Part shown: positions 58,475 to 64,000 of the stretch, in pieces | Numbering within the stretch: position 1 is the first letter of the stretch | Layout: the number at the start of each line of letters is the position of its first letter | Virus record (IMG/VR): IMGVR_UViG_3300033074_000233 | Location: 1 to 64,000 of that record | Source: a virus | Lineage: Duplodnaviria > Caudoviricetes | Length of the DNA: 64,000 nucleotides | Reading direction: 5' to 3' (one strand) | Notes under the pieces: generated by a model | The model's input: the letters and a program-made list of their open reading frames with translations, nothing else | Databases searched by the model: none | Told to the model about the DNA's origin: nothing | Made by a program: the position numbers and the translations under genes

Positions 58475-58486
58475 ATTAAATTAGTG
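58475..58486 (-). promoter_or_regulatory. Promoter-like motif CACTAATTTAAT heading the sheath operon
   Basis: Intergenic, 24 nt upstream of ATG 58451. Confidence 0.65.
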
Positions 58487-58513
58487 AGATTGTCGCTCAG
58501 CACTTACTTCTAT

Positions 58514-59077
58514 TTATGGTGTAGCCGAGATATCACCTGTGACTGACCAAGTTCCACCAATAAATGTCACCATGGCCCAGCCCCATTGTGGTATATATAC
58601 GACAGGTAAACTGCCGAGGGGGGTATTTATATTGGTCTCATCCTCTCGCGCAATACTTACCAGTGCTGCCGTATCTTTGTACACGCGGAAAGTAAAGCCC
58701 TCAGGTGCGTCATAGGTAAGTGTCATAGGAAGAATTACTTGTGACGCGGTCGTTACCCGAACAGGAAAATTAAGCCATGCAGCCGAGGCAATAGTCGTTA
58801 CAGCAATTTCAATTGGTGAATAAAGAGTCGAGGACACCAACGGAAGCCATTCTGTGGCCAACGGACCTGTCTTAATAAAGAGATTGATAAAGGTTTGATT
58901 GGCTCCAGGTGTTGCAACCTGAACATAAATAGCCGGAACACTTCCAGCCACGCCAAGACCAGTTCTCGGGTCCGCTGTTCCCGTAAAAGTTGTCAACTTG
59001 AAAGGAAAGTTTGCCTGAACATAAGCCTTGAAAGCATTTAAGCCTTCGTACATGGAATTGATGGTAATATCTGTCAT
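58514..59077 (-). CDS. Fibre/decoration protein, N-terminal paralogue of 62015-62854
   Basis: MTDITINSMYEGLNAFKAYVQANFPFKLT matches MTDMTVNDVYAGLNQFKDFVQANLPYKLT. Confidence 0.65.
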   Translation of the reverse strand: MTDITINSMYEGLNAFKAYVQANFPFKLTTFTGTADPRTGLGVAGSVPAIYVQVATPGANQTFINLFIKTGPLATEWLPLVSSTLYSPIEIAVTTIASAAWLNFPVRVTTASQVILPMTLTYDAPEGFTFRVYKDTAALVSIAREDETNINTPLGSLPVVYIPQWGWAMVTFIGGTWSVTGDISATP

Positions 59078-59096
59078 TTTCGTTCTCCTTGATTAA

Positions 59097-59957
59097 CTAC
59101 GGACCATACCACTTGTATTTAGTTAGGTAACTAGTGCTGGTATCCAGCATAGCGATTTCGTTGTCAATAATCCGTGTCAGGCTTCCCAGTGAGGTATATG
59201 AAGGAATTAGTAGTCCTGTACCATGTGCAGCCCAAATTGAACCATTCCAATCGTATACCTGTAGTGTCTGGGCATTTCCGTCAATGTAGGCAACCGACGT
59301 TGTTGTTAAATTGCACTGTATAGGGTTAAGCGTTGCTGGTATTGATAGCGGAGTACCTAGTAGTGTCCAAACGCCACCAGAGTATTGATACGCTCTTAAC
59401 TGGTCGTTTTGATTATCATTTAGGCAGTACAGGCCTGTGTCCATTCTTGAAAGAATGGGAATCGTCACGCTAACTCCAAGAGAAGTTCCCGCCAGGGCCC
59501 ACACGCTTCCGTTCCAATTATAGGTACGTAGTTGGTCTCCGGTACTATCAATGAAAGCAACATTAGAAGAATCTATTGGTGCCATAGAGCCAGAAGATTG
59601 CGAAATAGATAAAGACGAACCAACTTGGGCCCAGTCTGTTCCATCCCAAGAATAGGTCCTCAAGGTGTTAGTAACCGCAGAAGCGACCGCAACAGTTGTG
59701 GCATCTAGGTTTGTTATGGAGAAGTAGTTAGTCCAAGCACTAATTGTCAGTTCATTGCCAACAAGAGCAAAAGTCGAGCCTGACCACTGATACGTGGCCA
59801 ACTTAATGTCTGTACCGTTAGAATAGATAACAGCAAATAGGTCTGACCCTAAATAAACCAGACCTGATGCTACTGCGTCTGTTAAGGTAGGAGTTCCTTC
59901 TACACGCCAACCCGTAAGAGGTCCTGACGACTGGTTATAAATGCCAAGCATACTCAT
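59097..59957 (-). CDS. Beta-propeller repeat protein (possible receptor-binding)
   Basis: About five 41-aa repeats of LRTYxWxGxxWxxxGxxLSI; ATG 59957 has better SD spacing than TTG 59963. Confidence 0.7.
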   Translation of the reverse strand: MSMLGIYNQSSGPLTGWRVEGTPTLTDAVASGLVYLGSDLFAVIYSNGTDIKLATYQWSGSTFALVGNELTISAWTNYFSITNLDATTVAVASAVTNTLRTYSWDGTDWAQVGSSLSISQSSGSMAPIDSSNVAFIDSTGDQLRTYNWNGSVWALAGTSLGVSVTIPILSRMDTGLYCLNDNQNDQLRAYQYSGGVWTLLGTPLSIPATLNPIQCNLTTTSVAYIDGNAQTLQVYDWNGSIWAAHGTGLLIPSYTSLGSLTRIIDNEIAMLDTSTSYLTKYKWYGP

Positions 59958-60026
59958 TGTCAAAACTCCTTGGGTTTTTATTCTTGGTAATACCTCAAAG
60001 AGACATCCGTGTCCCTATAGGTATAT

Positions 60027-62003
60027 TTACGGAACCATGTCACCAACAGTTACCCAGGTGCTACCAGTCCCTAGGAAAATGCGGTTCTCCAGATAACAAG
60101 AGGCTACTTTGTTGGCGTTTACAGTCGTGGCACCTGCACCTTGCAGTATGTCTGCAAATCCGGTAGCGACGGTAATCTGAGCGGTGCCTTTGTTCCGGAA
60201 ATTGAATGTGAAGCCAGAGGGCAAAGCCAAACCAAGCTGGTTAGGAATTCTGATAGTGATCGGAGTATTCTCGTTGAAGACTAGCGTAGCACCATTGTCT
60301 GAGGCTGTAACTGTGTAGGTACCAGCCGAAGTAGAAACTGGAAGGCTACGTTGCAACATCGAACCAATCGGATACCAAGTACCGTCTGTGATCGACTTAA
60401 TCCAAAACAATCCGTTAGCGTAATCCTGAGTAACCTGACCAGGTAGAGCCGCAGCAGAAGCTGGCGTCGGATTTATGTTGGGGTCACCCGCGTAGGAATC
60501 GGCAAATGGAACGTACTGCTGAGGCTTTACATAATTAGCCGAGACTGTTTTTTCTACTTCATTCTGTTTTGTGTATATCGGGATGCTTGCACCATCAACA
60601 AAGTATGCGTCAGACTGCTGGGCTATGACCAATACAACACCAGCGTCCAGTTCATAGTATGCTAGGAACTGAGCGATGTTAATTATTTTGGAAGTTTCTC
60701 CAACTATGAAAGTATCGCTTATGGTTGCTATGGTTACAGCTGGGTCACCTGGGGTAGTCTGAGACTGCTGGATTAAAATGTTGAATGGTAGATTTTCCGT
60801 TCTGGTGAAGTTGGATTCAGTCAGGGTTATTGTCATATCTCCCGTCAATAAATCCGTACTGGTAGATAAGGTAGCCACCGGTGTATTAGGAGTGTAAACG
60901 AAAGATACTGTCGTTGACCAGGCTGATACGAGACCAATCTCGTTTATCGCACGACACCTTACGTAGTAGGTTCCACCTGGAAAGGCACCAAGTATGTTGA
61001 AGTCGGCTACGTTAGCCATCCGCAAAGAATCACTGTTGCCAACAGGAGACGACGCCGTATAAACTCCTAGCAGAGAGGAGGTGTTAAATAGGTTGTCAGT
61101 GGCCAGCTCCCAGTAGAAAGCCTTAATGGGCGAAGGGAAATCACCTACTAAAGGTGCAGGAGCAGAACTAATGAAAACACCCAAGTTAATGTCGCCCGCG
61201 ACTGAGGAAATTACGGGCGCTGTAGGAGTATAAACGTAATCGTAAGGTCCAGGTAGAGTTAGAGCAGAGTCAGGACGAGTGTACGCACGTACCTCCGATA
61301 TGTAGGTAGAGCCTGCAAAGTTATTTGTGAACAATAGGGTGGTCTTTACCGCTCCGTCCGACAGTTGTGCATTTTCAATGTCAGTAGGGGTTACTACATG
61401 GTAGATGTACTCAGCCTCGTATTCTCCAGGAGAAACTTGTCTCACGGACACAGGAGCAATGGTTGTAGTATTGTAGATTGTTGGATCGTATTGATTCGTT
61501 ACTTGTACATAGATACCAAGCCCCTGAACCGCAAGCACGGAGACAGCCTGACACTTAACCACTACGTGGATAAAATCCGCAGTAGTTGTTGACTGTTGCA
61601 TTGCATCAATTATCAGGTACTGACCTTGAGTCAGTAGATAACTGGTGTTAGAGGCCGTGCCATTGCCGTATCCAATATTACCAACCGTTGAGATTGGAGG
61701 AGGCGTACCCAGCCACTCTGCTACAATCATTGTGGGCTGAATCATTGCAAAAATAATGAAGGCACTGGAGTTTATGCCAGCGTCAAACACATAGAACTCA
61801 CCTACCTTATAAGAAGCGGTGCTTGCTACGGCCAGGGCGGTTATATTGCCTCCAAAAGAAGGGCCAACTGTGCCAGGATCGGCCATAGTTGACTGAGGAA
61901 GTGGATCAGTTATCGAAGTAGACGCCGCCACCATTGTTGAAGACGCTGCTTGCAGGGCGTTCAACAGCAGGTTAGGAGACTGCTGTAATGCAGAAAGTTT
62001 CAT
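60027..62003 (-). CDS. Virion fibre/structural protein with FN3-like domain
   Basis: YYVRCRAINEIG.SAWS FN3 signature; C-terminal YTVTASDNG...W.TVGD fibre-type domain. Confidence 0.65.
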   Translation of the reverse strand: MKLSALQQSPNLLLNALQAASSTMVAASTSITDPLPQSTMADPGTVGPSFGGNITALAVASTASYKVGEFYVFDAGINSSAFIIFAMIQPTMIVAEWLGTPPPISTVGNIGYGNGTASNTSYLLTQGQYLIIDAMQQSTTTADFIHVVVKCQAVSVLAVQGLGIYVQVTNQYDPTIYNTTTIAPVSVRQVSPGEYEAEYIYHVVTPTDIENAQLSDGAVKTTLLFTNNFAGSTYISEVRAYTRPDSALTLPGPYDYVYTPTAPVISSVAGDINLGVFISSAPAPLVGDFPSPIKAFYWELATDNLFNTSSLLGVYTASSPVGNSDSLRMANVADFNILGAFPGGTYYVRCRAINEIGLVSAWSTTVSFVYTPNTPVATLSTSTDLLTGDMTITLTESNFTRTENLPFNILIQQSQTTPGDPAVTIATISDTFIVGETSKIINIAQFLAYYELDAGVVLVIAQQSDAYFVDGASIPIYTKQNEVEKTVSANYVKPQQYVPFADSYAGDPNINPTPASAAALPGQVTQDYANGLFWIKSITDGTWYPIGSMLQRSLPVSTSAGTYTVTASDNGATLVFNENTPITIRIPNQLGLALPSGFTFNFRNKGTAQITVATGFADILQGAGATTVNANKVASCYLENRIFLGTGSTWVTVGDMVP

Positions 62004-62014
62004 GTCAGTTCTCC

Positions 62015-62854
62015 TTAGATGGCCACGTTGTCATTGGTGCCGTCATAGGCCAGCGACAAGTTAGCGTAGTTCACATCGACAATCAGCGGGTTCGTATCGT
62101 TGGCAATCGTATACGTGGCAGCAATACCTTTCTGTATAGTCAGGTTGTTGGTAGCGAACGTACCGTTTGCGTCCTTAATAGGAACGTAGAAGGTATTAGA
62201 CAGAGTTACTGGCAAGGTCGCAGTTATCGGACCAGCAGCAGTATCTACTATGTAACCTTGGCCGGCAACGATGGTGAAGTTCGTGCTGACTACGTTCCAG
62301 ACAACAGCACCACCGCCACCGCCAGCAAACACAAGGGTCCACGTTGTGGCACCAGTTTTCAGGTATATTTCAGGCGTGTCAGTGCGCAGGTAGAAGTCGT
62401 TTACAAGGCCAAGAGTGTTCCCGTTGGGAACGCCTGTGCCACTGTACCAGTTGGTGCCAAGAGTCTTCTGAACCCAAGCTCCAGAAGACTTTGTGTAGAC
62501 GCCACGGGTTGAGGCGGACTGATCGAAGTACCAGTCACCATCTGCGCCGATTGCTGGGTTAGCGAGGCCTGTGCCAATATACCATGTAGTAGCCACTGTT
62601 GGTGCTCCTGAGCCGAAGATTTGCCAATCTATGTTGGCGGGTCCTACTTTGATGTAGGTGTTGAGTAGAACGCTTACGCTGTCATCCAGTGTGTCCACCT
62701 GCATATACAATGAGGGGATATTACCTGGATGCCCATCCGCAGATGGGTCAATCAGTCCTTTGTAGCAAGTCAACTTGTATGGCAGGTTGGCCTGTACAAA
62801 ATCCTTGAACTGATTTAAACCGGCGTAAACGTCGTTGACCGTCATATCTGTCAT
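62015..62854 (-). CDS. Fibre/decoration protein
   Basis: WYxGTGxP..xxGxxxDxY repeats; C-terminal YIVDT..GPITATLP...DANGTF..NNLTI fibre domain. Confidence 0.7.
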   Translation of the reverse strand: MTDMTVNDVYAGLNQFKDFVQANLPYKLTCYKGLIDPSADGHPGNIPSLYMQVDTLDDSVSVLLNTYIKVGPANIDWQIFGSGAPTVATTWYIGTGLANPAIGADGDWYFDQSASTRGVYTKSSGAWVQKTLGTNWYSGTGVPNGNTLGLVNDFYLRTDTPEIYLKTGATTWTLVFAGGGGGAVVWNVVSTNFTIVAGQGYIVDTAAGPITATLPVTLSNTFYVPIKDANGTFATNNLTIQKGIAATYTIANDTNPLIVDVNYANLSLAYDGTNDNVAI

Positions 62855-62896
62855 ACGAGTCTCCAGCAGGCTAGAAGGTTGATACCTCGATGGGTA

Positions 62897-64000
62897 TTAT
62901 GAAACAAAGATTGTTCGAGCAAGTGTACCTTCATCCCATCCAAAAGTAACGGTAGCCGAAGCTCCAGAGACAAGTGAAAAGGCTACAGAAAGAAGTTCAG
63001 CAGGCAAACTGAAAGTTCCGTCTATAGTATAGGCCGAAGTGTTGGTAAAACGTATTGAGTCTCCAGGCCTAAGGCCAGCACTAAACGGTATGTCGGCACC
63101 AGTTACAGCACCCGACGCTCGAAAGTTCACTTGACTCACTGGAACAGAAATTGCTGTGTTGGATCCTGGGACAGGCGAATAACTCATGGACTCCGACCAG
63201 CCATTTTCTACGGTAAAGTCTACAGGATTCCAGGTCATGGTAGACGTTAGATAGCACAAGTTTGATGGATATCCAAGAAGCCAACTATCAATATCTACAA
63301 CGGCTCCTGAACCCGACTTCTGAACTAACGTCTTGCCCAAAGGAAAGCCTCCAACGTTTATTACTAAGTAGCTCGGTGCAGTGTAAAATATGTTTGAGTC
63401 CGTATATATTTGGATTAGACCACTACCAAGAGCGTCTTGTGGACGTGTGGTTAGATCGCCTACAGTTACGCCTGCCAGTATCTCGGCTGATTCAATCTGT
63501 ATTGGAAGACCGTAACTCTCCTGACAATTTTCGTCATACTCCGAGACTACGATTCTGGAACCGTAAGAGTTAAGGTAACTCAAAACCGAGAGTTCGTTGT
63601 TCTGTAGTTTTGTGGAATAGTTCTGTACAGCACTAGCGGTGGAAAACCTAGACAAGCAGCGACCTCCATTATTCCCGAGTGCTATCTTGTTTTGGTTAGC
63701 GCCTCCACCACTTACGGTTACTACTAGGTCATCTGGATACATGATTTCACAATCATTTGTTCCATAAAACAGAGGTGTAAGTCCACCGAGGCCAAGAGAC
63801 GCATCAAAGAGGAGTTCTAGATTTTGAGTTATACCTAAGCCACTATAGTTTTGGAAAAGTAGTTTTGCGCCAGTCTGAACCCGGCCCAGTATAACGTCAC
63901 TAGAAAAGTGTGTTGACAAGTTGGACTTTATTAGCAGTCCGTGCTCTATGATTAAGGTACCTGAACGTACATTATAGGCCTCGTTAGTGCAGGTGACGGA
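62897..64000 (-). CDS. Putative fibre/structural protein, 5' end outside the window
   Basis: Frame stays open from 63919 to 64000 (SVTCTNEAYNVRSG...), so the track start is not the real start. Confidence 0.6.
   Translation of the reverse strand, partial: SVTCTNEAYNVRSGTLIIEHGLLIKSNLSTHFSSDVILGRVQTGAKLLFQNYSGLGITQNLELLFDASLGLGGLTPLFYGTNDCEIMYPDDLVVTVSGGGANQNKIALGNNGGRCLSRFSTASAVQNYSTKLQNNELSVLSYLNSYGSRIVVSEYDENCQESYGLPIQIESAEILAGVTVGDLTTRPQDALGSGLIQIYTDSNIFYTAPSYLVINVGGFPLGKTLVQKSGSGAVVDIDSWLLGYPSNLCYLTSTMTWNPVDFTVENGWSESMSYSPVPGSNTAISVPVSQVNFRASGAVTGADIPFSAGLRPGDSIRFTNTSAYTIDGTFSLPAELLSVAFSLVSGASATVTFGWDEGTLARTIFVS

Noticed and set aside
1-64000. Stop-codon reassignment, CRISPR array, tRNA/rRNA, diversity-generating retroelement
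   Set aside because: Genes are intact and densely packed in the standard code with all three stops used; no spaced direct repeats, cloverleafs or reverse transcriptase were seen by eye.

Overview
This 64 kb window is part of a large (jumbo-type) myophage genome, with almost all genes on the minus strand. In coordinate order it holds: a head/packaging module (prohead protease, portal, large terminase); a replication module (DnaB helicase, degenerate loader-like ATPase, SF2 helicase, beta-clamp, family A DNA polymerase); a 1786-aa SNF2 ATPase; a cluster of small, probably capsid-internal proteins including a putative ADP-ribosyltransferase; and a T4-like contractile tail module (baseplate, PAAR, spike, hub, tape measure/lytic transglycosylase, chaperone, tube, sheath, fibres). 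The main feature is repeated invasion of essential genes by mobile elements. Both the large terminase and the DNA polymerase are fractured into two genes carrying naturally split intein halves, each pair separated by a free-standing PD-(D/E)XK endonuclease of one family; the polymerase endonuclease is antisense and abuts its neighbour with no gap. The prohead protease (missing from the ORF track because it runs off the window) has a contiguous LAGLIDADG intein beside its predicted catalytic His. An HNH endonuclease appears to have inserted into a DUF5661-like gene while supplying a replacement 3' end, leaving the old 3' end as a relic. Also visible are a recurrent promoter-like motif, a second intergenic motif, related hairpins upstream of endonucleases, a probable +1/-2 frameshift in the tail chaperone, and a shared N-terminal KLVRA/ETAA motif. 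No rRNA, tRNA or CRISPR array was recognised. All functional calls come from motif recognition and synteny by eye; no database searches were run.
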